Shown here: positions 1 to 10,037 of the stretch, piece after piece
Layout of the letters: every line of letters begins with the position of its first letter
Numbering within the stretch: position 1 is the first letter of the stretch
Assembly: GCA_031390755.1 (NCBI GenBank)
Contig: JANMTS010000105.1
Span: forward strand, 64,007-128,006
Length of the DNA stretch: 64,000 bases
Origin: Holophagales bacterium
Lineage (GTDB): Bacteria > Acidobacteriota > Thermoanaerobaculia > Multivoradales > UBA5704
Reading direction: 5' to 3'
Translations under genes and position numbers: made by a program
Notes under the pieces: generated by a model
What the model saw: only the letters and a program-made list of their open reading frames with translations
What the model was told of the DNA's origin: nothing
Databases searched by the model: none

Positions 1-232
1 GATGCCGACCACCGGGTAGCGGATGACGAGCTCGATCCAGAGGCGGATCAGCAGGAAGATGAAGCCGGAGTCTCCACCGCCGCCGCCGCTCCCTCCGCTT
101 CCGCCGGAGAACCCCTCTCCGCCGCCGGGCCGGGCGATGGCCAGAACCGGAATCAGCAGGAGGATCAGGGTTCCGAGGCCGAGGAGAACCTGGCGCCGGA
201 GACGCCGGAGGTGCCGCCGATTCCGGCTCACC
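1..232 (-). CDS. hypothetical membrane protein, N-terminal part only (gene runs off the left edge)
   Basis: Hand translation of the minus strand from GTG at 232-230 gives VSRNRRHLRRLRRQVLLGLGTLILLLIPVLAIARPGGGEGFSGGSGGSGGGGGDSGFIFLLIRLW... That is one TM helix, a Gly/Ser linker, then a second hydrophobic stretch. GTGA start/stop overlap with the upstream gene. Absent from the ORF track because there is no stop in the window. Confidence 0.35.
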
Positions 233-851
233 CGCAAACCTCGTTCGCCAGCTCGTCGACGTCGTCGTGGGCGCAGGGCAGAGCGGGACCGAGGATGGCC
301 GCGAGGCCGCGCACCCGTTGCGCCACCTGAAGGCCGTCCCCTCCTGCGCGGACCACTCTTTCGAGGCCGCCCACGATCTCCTTCCAGGCCTCGCCGGCGG
401 CCAGCGTTTCCAATCCCACGTCGGCGACGACGGCCGCTTCCCGTTCCAGGACGGAGACGTAGAGGAGGATGCCCGTGCGGCCCGACGTGCCGTGGATCCG
501 CTTCTCCACGAACAGGGCGCGGGCCGCGGTTTCCACCTGTCTGCGGCGATCGGCCGGACCGGTGAGCGCCCGCCGGACGCCAGGAAGCCGGGAGCTGCTC
601 CACCCTGTCAGAAGACCTGCCAGGAGAGGGTCGAGGACGAACCAGACGAGACCGAACTCCCAGTGGGAGAAGAGAAGGACGGAGAGCACGGCGATCCCCG
701 CCAGGACTCCCGCGGTCAGGTCGGCGTGCAGATAGGAGCCCGACCGGGCGCGGACCGCCACGACCAGCTCGGCGCTCGTGACGGCCTCCACGTCGCGGAC
801 GGCGTCGATGAGGGCCCTCTTGGCCTGGTCGGTGAGAAACGGCTTCGCCAT
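228..851 (-). CDS. TPM-domain-like membrane protein (COG3762/YgcG-like)
   Basis: ORF track, 207 aa. An N-terminal ...RALIDAVRDVEAVTSAELVVAV... and a C-terminal ...GRTGILLYVSVLEREAAVVADVG... are separated by two hydrophobic helices, as in TPM_phosphatase-family membrane proteins. Recognised from memory. Confidence 0.55.
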   Translation of the reverse strand: MAKPFLTDQAKRALIDAVRDVEAVTSAELVVAVRARSGSYLHADLTAGVLAGIAVLSVLLFSHWEFGLVWFVLDPLLAGLLTGWSSSRLPGVRRALTGPADRRRQVETAARALFVEKRIHGTSGRTGILLYVSVLEREAAVVADVGLETLAAGEAWKEIVGGLERVVRAGGDGLQVAQRVRGLAAILGPALPCAHDDVDELANEVCG

Positions 852-880
852 GGGTCCGGTTCGAGTCTATCGTAGAAGGG

Positions 881-1537
881 ATGACCGAGGCGCTTTCGAT
901 CCCCTGCCCCCGCTGGAGCGTTCCCCGCCGGGCCGCCGGCTGGCGAAGCTGGGACGGCGTGCCGGCCCGATCCCTCGTCCTGTCCGACGGCAGCGGCCCA
1001 CCGGAGCAGGCGACCTCGGTCGGGCTCTGCTGGGACGAGGAAGCCCTTCACGTCCGCTTCGACTGCGAGGACCGGCACGCCTGGGGAACCTTCACGAAGC
1101 GGGACGAGCCGCTCTGGCAGGAGGAGGTCGTCGAGGTCTTCCTGGCGCCGGGGGAGGCCGACCCGGTCCGCTACGCCGAATTCGAGGTCAGCCCGGCGGG
1201 CGTCGTCTTCGACGCCCGCATCCACAATCCGACCGGGCTGCGGCAGGACATGACGGCGGACGTGGCGTGGAGCTGTCCGGGGCTTCGCTGGGCCGCCGGC
1301 AGGGGAGACGCCCGGCAGGACTGGTGGGCCGAGATTTCGATCCCCTGGGCCGGCCTGGATCTCGACGGAAGGAACAACCTGCCGAAGCTCTGGCGGGCCA
1401 ACTTCTACCGCGTGGAGCGGCCGGATAGGGGAGAGCCCGCCGGCGCCGAATACAGCGCCTGGTCTCCCACTCTCGTCCGGCCCGCCGACTTCCACAAGCC
1501 GGCGCGGTTCGGTCTGCTGGAGCTGACCGGTATCTAG
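881..1537 (+). CDS. carbohydrate-binding family 9 (CBM9/DOMON-like) domain protein
   Basis: ORF track, 218 aa. Segments LCWDEEALHVRFDCED..., LWQEEVVEVFLAP...YAEFEVSPAG and WWAEISIPWAGL match the CBM9-like pattern. Confidence 0.6.
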   Translation: MTEALSIPCPRWSVPRRAAGWRSWDGVPARSLVLSDGSGPPEQATSVGLCWDEEALHVRFDCEDRHAWGTFTKRDEPLWQEEVVEVFLAPGEADPVRYAEFEVSPAGVVFDARIHNPTGLRQDMTADVAWSCPGLRWAAGRGDARQDWWAEISIPWAGLDLDGRNNLPKLWRANFYRVERPDRGEPAGAEYSAWSPTLVRPADFHKPARFGLLELTGI

Positions 1538-1543
1538 AAGGCG

Positions 1544-2692
1544 TCAGAAGGGCGTCTTGCCGAACAGCAGCTCGACGCCCAGGCCGACGAGCGCCGAGCC
1601 TTCGCGCGGCTCGTCCCGGTACTCACGGGGCCAGGAGTAGCCGCCGATGAGCTCGCCATAGAGCCATTGCCGGTTGAGGGGCCGCCGGTAGACGGTGCGG
1701 GCGCCGTACTCCCTCAGGCCCACCTCCGCGTCGGTCGAGCCGCGGACGAACAGCTCCCAGGCGATCGCCGACCTCGATCCGAGGTTCTGGTAGAGCACCG
1801 TCGCCGTCCGCCAGTCGAGGCCGTCGGTGGATTCGGAGAACGTGCCCACGGTTCCCCAGTGGAAGAGGAGCGTCTTCCGCAGCACATGGTCGAAGTCGGC
1901 GCTGGTCGTCGACCCGAAACCGTCCCGGTTCTCATAGAAGACCGTCTCCCGCAGGCGCCAGACCGACCGCTCGCCGACGAAGACGTTGCGCCGCAAGCGG
2001 CCCTGGACGAAGACCTCGGGCGCCGTGCTCAGGCGGCCGCCGACCCGGAAGTCGACGCGCTCCGACCACTTGCCGGGAGGCGAATACCCGAGACCCGCGA
2101 GCCAACGCTCCTCGGTCTCCACCCCGAACACCGACGAGCGGATGGCGAAGCCCTCCTCGCGGTCGCGCACGACGTCGTCGCGGTCGTCCCGGCCGACAAA
2201 GACGTTGAAGCGCCGCTTGAGGTTCGGCAGCTCGTAGTTGAGGCGCAGCCGGCTCTTGAGCTTCGTTCCATCCGCCTCGGTGTAGAGCGTGGACAGCTCG
2301 ACGCGTCCGGACACGGCGCGGGCGTTCTCGATGTCGGGCTTGCCGCCAAAAAGTCCGTCGAACCAGAGCGTGGCGCCGCAGAAGGTCTCGGTGAGATAGC
2401 GGCGGCTCTCGTCGATCAGAGCCTCGTCCGAGGTCGTTCCCGCCCGGCACAGATCGCGAAGCGACGGCTGCTCCACGGTGGCAGCCGGATTCGTCCCTTG
2501 AGGAGCCGTCTCCTGGGGAGCGGTTTCCTGGGGAATCTCTTGGGGAATCTCCTGGGGAACAGGCGCTTCGGGAGCGGTCTCCTGGGGAACGGTCTCCGGC
2601 CTGGCTCGGCCGGCACAGCCGACCAGGGCGGCCGCGAGCCCCGAGGCAAGGAGCAGGAGTGGCAGGCGAGGACGGCGGCGGTAAGTAGCCAT
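1544..2692 (-). CDS. outer-membrane lipoprotein of unknown function (beta-rich)
   Basis: Long ORF 1544..3634 trimmed to the ATG at 2692-2690. MATYRRRPRLPLLLLASGLAAALVGC is a lipoprotein signal with lipobox LVGC. It is followed by the tandem peptide repeat PQEIPQEIPQETAPQETAPQ. Alternating beta-like pattern, C-terminal F. Confidence 0.7.
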   Translation of the reverse strand: MATYRRRPRLPLLLLASGLAAALVGCAGRARPETVPQETAPEAPVPQEIPQEIPQETAPQETAPQGTNPAATVEQPSLRDLCRAGTTSDEALIDESRRYLTETFCGATLWFDGLFGGKPDIENARAVSGRVELSTLYTEADGTKLKSRLRLNYELPNLKRRFNVFVGRDDRDDVVRDREEGFAIRSSVFGVETEERWLAGLGYSPPGKWSERVDFRVGGRLSTAPEVFVQGRLRRNVFVGERSVWRLRETVFYENRDGFGSTTSADFDHVLRKTLLFHWGTVGTFSESTDGLDWRTATVLYQNLGSRSAIAWELFVRGSTDAEVGLREYGARTVYRRPLNRQWLYGELIGGYSWPREYRDEPREGSALVGLGVELLFGKTPF

Positions 2693-2737
2693 GATGGGCG
2701 ATGTTAGCTCATCCGGAGACGCGCCGCCCTTTCGGGC

Positions 2738-2812
2738 GAGAGGGAGGATGGGGGCGCCCTCTCCCTCACGCGTGAGGGAGAGGGATGGGGAGAGGGAGGA
2801 TGGGATCAACCC
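2738..2812. repeat. dispersed hairpin element, family 1 (GGGGAGAGGG...GGATGGGATCAA), copy A
   Basis: Perfect 28-nt palindrome CCCTCTCCCTCACGCGTGAGGGAGAGGG (2757-2784) followed by ATGGGGAGAGGGAGGATGGGATCAAC. It lies between the TonB-receptor stop and the lipoprotein start. Confidence 0.8.
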
Positions 2813-2817
2813 CGGGA

Positions 2818-4995
2818 TCAAATCTTTCCCACGATCCCCAGCGAGAAGCTTCGTCCCCGCGCCAGAGTCGCGGTCACATCGCCGGCCTCGAAGTAGGTCC
2901 GGTCGGTCAGGTTGCGCCCGGCGAGCCGCAGCTCCAGCGGGTCGGAGATGTGCCAGCCCGTGCCGATCTCCCAGGTCGTGTAGCCCGGCCGCTCCGCCTC
3001 GTTCGGACCGGGGCGGTCGTCGCGCAGGACGACGGCGTTGCGCAGGTAGGCGAAGAAGCGGGCGTCCGCCCAGCGCAGCGTGGTGAAGGCGCCGTTGGCC
3101 GGGATGTCGTCGATGGGCACGCCTCCGGACTCGCCGCGGATCGACGTGACCGCCAGCTCCAGGCTGATACCGGCCACGAGCGGCATCTGGGCCTCCAGCT
3201 CGAAGCCCTTGATCTCCGCCTCGCCGCGGTTGCGGAAGAAGAAGTCGTTGCCGTCGCCGAAGCGCTCGATCAGGTCGTCGATCTCGTAGAGGTAGCCGAA
3301 CGCCGCGATCGAGCCCCGGCCCACGGTCCAGCGGACCGAGGCGTCGTACTGCAGGCTCGTCTCCGGCTCGAGGTCCGGGTTGCCGGTCACGAAACCGCGG
3401 CCGCTCGGACCGCGGAAGAAGCGGTCGGAGAGCGTGGGATCGCGGAAGCCGCGCGCCACCTGGAGAGTGGTCGTGAGGTTGGCCACCGGGCTCGCGGTCA
3501 GGGAGACGTACCCCGACATTGAGGAGCTCTCGTTCGAGCGGTCGCCGTAGAAGCCGCCCGTGTTCTCGCTCTTCACCTGGTCGCCGCGCACGCCCACCGC
3601 GAACAGGGCGCGGGCTCCGAGCGCATGGTCCCACGAGGCGAAGAGGCCGGTGTCGGTGCGGGAGGCGTCGTCGATCGAGGCGGGATTCGACACGCCGGTC
3701 GAGTTGCCGTTGGCGTCGAACGTCTCGCGCGAGGTCAGCGACTCCAGGTTGAAGCGCGACAGCACCTCGGCGCCGATCTGCAGCCGGCCGCCCGCCGCCT
3801 GGCGAGTGGCCACGGCGCGCAGCGAGCCGTCGTCTGAAACCGTCTCGGCGCGGTCGATCCGGCGGGTCACGGTCGGCGCGGGCACCCGGTCGCGGGTCAG
3901 GTTCAGCCGGTAGGTGCCGTAGAACAGCGCCAGCTCGATGCTCTCCCAGCCGCCCACCGGACCGCTGTCGAGGGCGACGTTGAAGCGCCGTGAGCTCTCC
4001 TTCGGGTAGTAGCTGCGCATCACGTTCGAGTCGATCGTCGGGTTGTCGACATCCGTGGCGTCCACCAGGGAGAACGCCACTCGCAGCCGGCCGGCCGGCG
4101 TGTCCACGGCATAGCGCAGGGCGCCGCCGCGGTCCTCATAGGAGGAGTTGGGGATCGGATCGCCGCCTCCGGACTCGCCGTCGCCGGACTCGCGCTGGTG
4201 GTACTGGGCGAGCAGGGCTCCGCCGAGCACGTCCGTCGAAGCCTCCAGGCCGAACGAGTCCTCGTCGTCCGCGCCGAAACCGGTGTTGAAGCTGTAGCGC
4301 AGCGAGGCGCCGTTGCCCGGCTCGGGATAGACCGGACGGGCGTTGATCACGCCGCCGAAGGCGTCCGAGCCGTAGGCCACGGATCCCGGGCCGCGGGCGA
4401 TCTCCACGGACGCCAGTGTGAAGGGATCGAGGTAGGCGGCCGACGATCCGGCCCGGCGCTCGGTGGTCACCCGGGAGCCGTCGAGCAGCACGACGGTGCG
4501 CCCGCGGGCGAGACCGCGGATGGCCGGCACGCCGGTCGGCCCTTCCTCGGACCGCGAGACGCCCGCGATGCCCTGGACCACGTCCACGAGCCGGTGCGGC
4601 CGGCGCTGCTCCAGATCCTCCTCGCCGATCAGCGTGGTCGCGGCGGCGGGCGGCGTCTCCAGGCCCGGGGCGACGCCCGAGGTGACGGTGACGCTGTCCT
4701 GGAACGAGGTGGGGATGGCCGCCTGGAGGGTCTCTCCAGAGAGCGATTCGAAAACCATGGGGGCCGACACCTGGCCGCCGGGGCTGGTGGCCACAAGGCG
4801 GAACGGGACCGGCGGATCGGGGACGATGCGGAACCGGCCCTCGGCGTCGGTGGTCACGGAGCCGGCCAGGCCGACCACGGACACCTGGTGGCCGGCGGCG
4901 GGCGTGCCGTCGGGATGGACCAGCACGCCCTCGACCGCCCCGGCGAGGGCGGGGACGAGCAGCAGGGAAAGCAGGAAACACGAAATCTTGCGCAT
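2818..4995 (-). CDS. TonB-dependent receptor with N-terminal carboxypeptidase-regulatory-like domain
   Basis: ORF 2818..5031. I prefer the start at MRKISCFLLSLLLVPALAGA (ATG 4995-4993), which gives a signal peptide. Plug region ...AIRGLARGRTVVLLDGSRV...SVEIARGPGSVAYGSDAFGGVINA, then a long beta-barrel. Confidence 0.9.
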   Translation of the reverse strand: MRKISCFLLSLLLVPALAGAVEGVLVHPDGTPAAGHQVSVVGLAGSVTTDAEGRFRIVPDPPVPFRLVATSPGGQVSAPMVFESLSGETLQAAIPTSFQDSVTVTSGVAPGLETPPAAATTLIGEEDLEQRRPHRLVDVVQGIAGVSRSEEGPTGVPAIRGLARGRTVVLLDGSRVTTERRAGSSAAYLDPFTLASVEIARGPGSVAYGSDAFGGVINARPVYPEPGNGASLRYSFNTGFGADDEDSFGLEASTDVLGGALLAQYHQRESGDGESGGGDPIPNSSYEDRGGALRYAVDTPAGRLRVAFSLVDATDVDNPTIDSNVMRSYYPKESSRRFNVALDSGPVGGWESIELALFYGTYRLNLTRDRVPAPTVTRRIDRAETVSDDGSLRAVATRQAAGGRLQIGAEVLSRFNLESLTSRETFDANGNSTGVSNPASIDDASRTDTGLFASWDHALGARALFAVGVRGDQVKSENTGGFYGDRSNESSSMSGYVSLTASPVANLTTTLQVARGFRDPTLSDRFFRGPSGRGFVTGNPDLEPETSLQYDASVRWTVGRGSIAAFGYLYEIDDLIERFGDGNDFFFRNRGEAEIKGFELEAQMPLVAGISLELAVTSIRGESGGVPIDDIPANGAFTTLRWADARFFAYLRNAVVLRDDRPGPNEAERPGYTTWEIGTGWHISDPLELRLAGRNLTDRTYFEAGDVTATLARGRSFSLGIVGKI

Positions 4996-5081
4996 GAACG
5001 GACCTCTAGCTCGAAGCATGAACGGACACACCGCGCCCCGGATGGGCGGGCATGGGCGAATGCGCGGACCAGGGTCTCGGT

Positions 5082-5804
5082 CTATTCGTTGATGCGGCGG
5101 ATCCGCAGGCGGAGCGGCACCTTGGCCGGCCGGGGCAGGGTCTGCACGGGAACGGGATGCGTTGGCGGCGAATCGAGAGCCTCGTCCTGCCGCGGAGGAG
5201 GAATGGCCGGCCGGGCCGGACCCGGCGCGAGCAGCAGCAGGCCGAAGCGCCCCGCGGGCCGGGCTTCCTGGACGTTGGACGACGGGGCCCAGGTGAACAC
5301 CTCCCGCAGCCCGTCGCCCTCGCGGGAGCCTTCGACCCAGATGACCGTTCCCGGATCGTTCGAGCGCGCCTTCTCGCCGCGCGCGCGAGCCAGAAGAGGC
5401 AGCGTTGGGCCATCATCCCTGCTCATGTCCCCGACGATGCTCATGCCGGCCGGCCCCTCGACCTCGACCTCCTCCATGGTGATGCGCTCGTCGCCGAAGC
5501 GGAGTAGCATCCGCACGTTCTTCGAGGGAAAGGCGGGGACGCGGAAGTCGAAGACCCGGATCGAGCTGTCGAGGTGGGGCGTGACGCGAAGCGGCCACGT
5601 GCGTCCGCCGTCGAGGGAAAGGAAGGCCTCCCACTCCACGACTTCAGCAGGGAGGCTGAGGGGCTCCCATTCGATCGTCACCCGGGAGCCGGCGGCCAGC
5701 TCCGCGCCAGGGGCTGGAGACAATACTCGCGCGAGCTCTTCCCCGCGGGCAATGGAGGGAAGAGCGGCGAGCAGAAGGATCAGCCAGCCGAGGGAAGGAC
5801 GCAC
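5082..5804 (-). CDS. hypothetical secreted protein
   Basis: ORF 5082..5876. The signal-like VRPSLGWLILLLAALPSIARG begins at GTG 5804-5802. The ATG at 5876 lies in the AT-rich repeat block and is less likely. No recognisable family. Confidence 0.5.
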   Translation of the reverse strand: MRPSLGWLILLLAALPSIARGEELARVLSPAPGAELAAGSRVTIEWEPLSLPAEVVEWEAFLSLDGGRTWPLRVTPHLDSSIRVFDFRVPAFPSKNVRMLLRFGDERITMEEVEVEGPAGMSIVGDMSRDDGPTLPLLARARGEKARSNDPGTVIWVEGSREGDGLREVFTWAPSSNVQEARPAGRFGLLLLAPGPARPAIPPPRQDEALDSPPTHPVPVQTLPRPAKVPLRLRIRRINE

Positions 5805-5844
5805 GGCGTTAGTGTAGCAGGGCGGAAAAATCGGCGGCCCAAGC

Positions 5845-6180
5845 GTGTTGCAACTCCGCTCTTCTGCTACAAACAAGGTTATGTTGCAACAAATAAGGAT
5901 TCCCGTTCAACGGGAAAGCTTATCTGTTGCAAGTTAACCTTCTCTGTTGCAGCATAACCTTATCCCGCGGCCGAGAAGGTTATCCTGCAACAAAGAAGGT
6001 TTCCCGATCCTGGGATAAGCTTCTTTGTTGCAACTTGGGTTTATTTGTTGCAGCTTAACCTTCTCCCGAAGCCGCGTAACCTTCTTTGTTGCAACTTAAC
6101 CTTATCTGCCGCGGGATAAGGTCTCCCGAAGACGGGGAAACTTTGTTTGTTGCAGATGGAACCCAGGGGAATGCAAAAAT
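5845..6180. repeat. AT-rich iteron block (TGTTGCA(A/G)C x8 direct +1 inverted; TAACCTT/AAGGTTA inverted repeats; TTATCC/TTATCT boxes)
   Basis: GTTGCA starts near 5847, 5883, 5925, 5945, 6026, 6046, 6087 and 6138, plus one inverted copy at about 5987. Hand-counted GC is about 46% over 5881-6180, against about 70% in the flanks. Confidence 0.85.
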
Positions 6181-6186
6181 TTCCAC

Positions 6187-6810
6187 CTACCGGCGGGCGC
6201 GGACGATGAAGCGTTGGGGGGCGGAGCCGACGTAGTGGAACGGATAGCAGGTGACGAGCGTCAAGGCGGGCTCGTCGGTCGGGGCGAGCACCGAAACCTC
6301 GGAGGGATCGACGATCTTCGTCCACTCCACCTTGTAGTTGTAGGTGCCGTCGAGCATGGTCAGCTCGATCGTGTCGCCCTCGCGGACGTCCCTGAGACCC
6401 CGGAAGAAGCTGTCGCGGTGGGCGGCGAGGCCGACGTTGCCGGACGGCTCGGACGGCAGGGCGGTGTCCGGCACGTGACCCGCGGCGCGGCGGAGGGTCT
6501 GCTTGCCCACGCCCTCCAGGATCACGGCGGAAACGTCGAGCCGGGGGATCTCGATCCGCCCGAGCAGCTCCCCTTCCTGCAAAGGCTTCGGATCGGGATC
6601 GGTCTTCTGGGTCTTGAACGAGGAGAGGGAGTCCGTCTCCGAGGCGCCCCCGGTGGCAGCCCTGGCGGCGAGGGTCTCTTCGAGCCGCCGGGTCTCCCGG
6701 GCTTCGACGAAGCGGGTGTCGAGCCAGGCCCAGGTCCAGTAGCCGAGGCAGAGAATGCCGACCACGAACAGGGCGCGCTCCACCCAGAGCCAGGTCGAAG
6801 TCCTCGTCAT
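6187..6810 (-). CDS. sortase (class D/E-like transpeptidase)
   Basis: ORF 6187..6855, with the start taken at MTRTSTWLW (ATG 6810-6808). N-terminal TM anchor. Catalytic His (GLAAHRD), Cys (TLVTCYPF) and Arg (RFIVRA) motifs are present. Confidence 0.85.
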   Translation of the reverse strand: MTRTSTWLWVERALFVVGILCLGYWTWAWLDTRFVEARETRRLEETLAARAATGGASETDSLSSFKTQKTDPDPKPLQEGELLGRIEIPRLDVSAVILEGVGKQTLRRAAGHVPDTALPSEPSGNVGLAAHRDSFFRGLRDVREGDTIELTMLDGTYNYKVEWTKIVDPSEVSVLAPTDEPALTLVTCYPFHYVGSAPQRFIVRARR

Positions 6811-6834
6811 TCGTCTCCCCAAAAGCGTCTCCCC

Positions 6835-6872
6835 TAAAAGAAAATCACCTGGCACCTTTCGGCGCCAGGTGA
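6835..6872 (-). terminator. rho-independent terminator downstream of the sortase-substrate gene
   Basis: On the minus strand, a 9-bp stem TCACCTGGC/GCCAGGTGA (6845-6853 / 6864-6872) with a 10-nt loop, followed by TTTTCTTTT (reverse complement of 6835-6844). Confidence 0.7.
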
Positions 6873-6913
6873 CTGAGTCGATCTCTCTTCACGTCGTGAG
6901 GAGACCGTGTGGT

Positions 6914-7387
6914 TCAGACCTTGCGGGCCAGGCGGGCCGTGAAGGCCGAGGCCAGGGCCAGGAGGCCGGCGATGCCGAGCAGCGGAAGCTCGCTGGCGGT
7001 CGAGGGCAGAGCCGTCGTGTTCGCCGCGGAGCCGTCGTCAGCCTGGGTGGCCGGGCCGGTGCCGGTCTCGTCGATGCCGGTCGCGTTCGTGTCGGCGTCG
7101 CCACGGGTCATGGTCGCGTCCACGTCGACGGCGCCGTTCGCACGGGCACCGGTGTCAACGTCGACGTCCATGCCGCCGGTCGGCTCCTGAGTGGTCGTCG
7201 TGGTCGCGTTGGTGCGCGGACGGGTGAGATCGGTCTGCGGGTTGCCCGGATTGGGCAGGTTATTGCTGTTCATGCCCGGGTCGCGCTGAATCGTGGGGCC
7301 CGGGGCGGACGTGTTGGCCGACTGCGCCATGACGGCGCCCGTTGTCAGAAGGAAGATGGCCAGGACCGTAAGCAGTGACTTTTTCAT
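6914..7387 (-). CDS. secreted low-complexity protein with C-terminal sortase sorting signal (LPSTAS + hydrophobic helix + RLARKV)
   Basis: ORF track, 157 aa. Signal peptide MKKSLLTVLAIFLLTTGAVMA, a Thr/Asp/Gly/Asn-rich body, and the C-terminus ALPSTASELPLLGIAGLLALASAFTARLARKV. Confidence 0.8.
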   Translation of the reverse strand: MKKSLLTVLAIFLLTTGAVMAQSANTSAPGPTIQRDPGMNSNNLPNPGNPQTDLTRPRTNATTTTTQEPTGGMDVDVDTGARANGAVDVDATMTRGDADTNATGIDETGTGPATQADDGSAANTTALPSTASELPLLGIAGLLALASAFTARLARKV

Positions 7388-7536
7388 GATGAAGCTCCTC
7401 TCCAGTTCCAGTTGATGAATCTTTTTCGAAGGCGGCGGTCAGGAGGTCATTCCCGGGGGGTTCACCATGTCCTGCCGCCATCTCTTCCCGGCCTGGATGT
7501 AGAGCAAGCCCCGTGCCAAGAAGCACGCAACAGGGC

Positions 7537-9219
<1,683 letters not shown>

Positions 9220-9470
9220 GGGGCTGCTCCTGGAATTGTTCGAGGGTTTGGAACCGGCGGCGCGGCTTCACGCAATTGAATCTGCGGAGGCCGGCCGGCC
9301 GCGAATTCTACCCCAGGTCGCACCCCAGGTCGAAGGCCCCGCGCGACGCCGGACTGCGGGATCGGAAGGGCACCCTTTCCCCGCCGAGACGCACACTAGA
9401 GATTGAGAGCCACGCGAGGGCACGCGCCCTCGATTGGCAGGAACGTCTTTCTGAACAGGAGGAAGTACTC

Positions 9471-10037
9471 ATGAAGCGAGCCGCAAGAGCCCTGCTCTGC
9501 GCCACCCTCGCCCTGGCCGCCGCCCCGGCGCTGTGGGCGACCACCATCCTCAAGCAGACGGACGGCGACATGATTCGCCAGTCCGGAACGATTGTCACGG
9601 GCCGCTGCACCAACCTGGAGACCGCCTGGGTGGGGCGCACGCTCGTGACCAAGGCCACCATCGCCGTCGACGAGACCCTCAAGGGCGCCTCCCGCAGCGA
9701 GCTGACCGTCGTGCTGCCGGGCGGCGTGGACATGAACCGGAAGTTCCCGATCATGGTCACCTATCCGGGCGCGCCGGAGATCATGGTCCGCGAGCAGGTG
9801 CTGCTGTTCCTGTCGCCGGACAGCCTGGTCAAGGACGGCTACTCCATCGTCGGCTACTCGCAGGGCAAGTTCACCTTGACGGAGACCGCGGAAGCGGGCC
9901 TCGTGGGGACCCAGAACCTGAGCGGTGTTCAGGTGCAGACTCAGCTCCAGACCGGCCGCCAGGCGGCCCGGGGCGGCGCAGCCTCGATCAACCTGCAGCA
10001 GCTTCGGGAGCAGATCCGGGAGATGGAGGTCCAGTGA
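9471..10037 (+). CDS. hypothetical secreted protein
   Basis: ORF 9168..10037 trimmed to ATG 9471, preceded by AGGAGG. Signal peptide MKRAARALLCATLALAAAPALWA. Its stop overlaps the next gene's start (TGATG). Confidence 0.7.
   Translation: MKRAARALLCATLALAAAPALWATTILKQTDGDMIRQSGTIVTGRCTNLETAWVGRTLVTKATIAVDETLKGASRSELTVVLPGGVDMNRKFPIMVTYPGAPEIMVREQVLLFLSPDSLVKDGYSIVGYSQGKFTLTETAEAGLVGTQNLSGVQVQTQLQTGRQAARGGAASINLQQLREQIREMEVQ

Noticed and set aside
23-565. 180-aa Arg/Pro-rich + strand ORF at the left edge
   Set aside because: Extreme R/P low complexity. It lies opposite the TPM-like gene and the partial membrane-protein gene.
1544-3634. 696-aa version of the lipoprotein ORF
   Set aside because: The N-terminal 314 aa run through a hairpin repeat and antisense to the TonB-receptor gene. 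An internal ATG at 2692 gives a clean lipoprotein signal peptide.
5845-6180. Sigma-54 promoters (TTGCA as the -12 element) in the AT-rich block
   Set aside because: No TGGCAC/GG element lies at the required 11-nt upstream spacing of any TTGCA copy.
9310-9333. 12-nt tandem duplication ACCCCAGGTCGC/ACCCCAGGTCGA upstream of ettA
   Set aside because: It is only two short copies with no palindromic structure or recognisable box. Most likely a slippage duplication.
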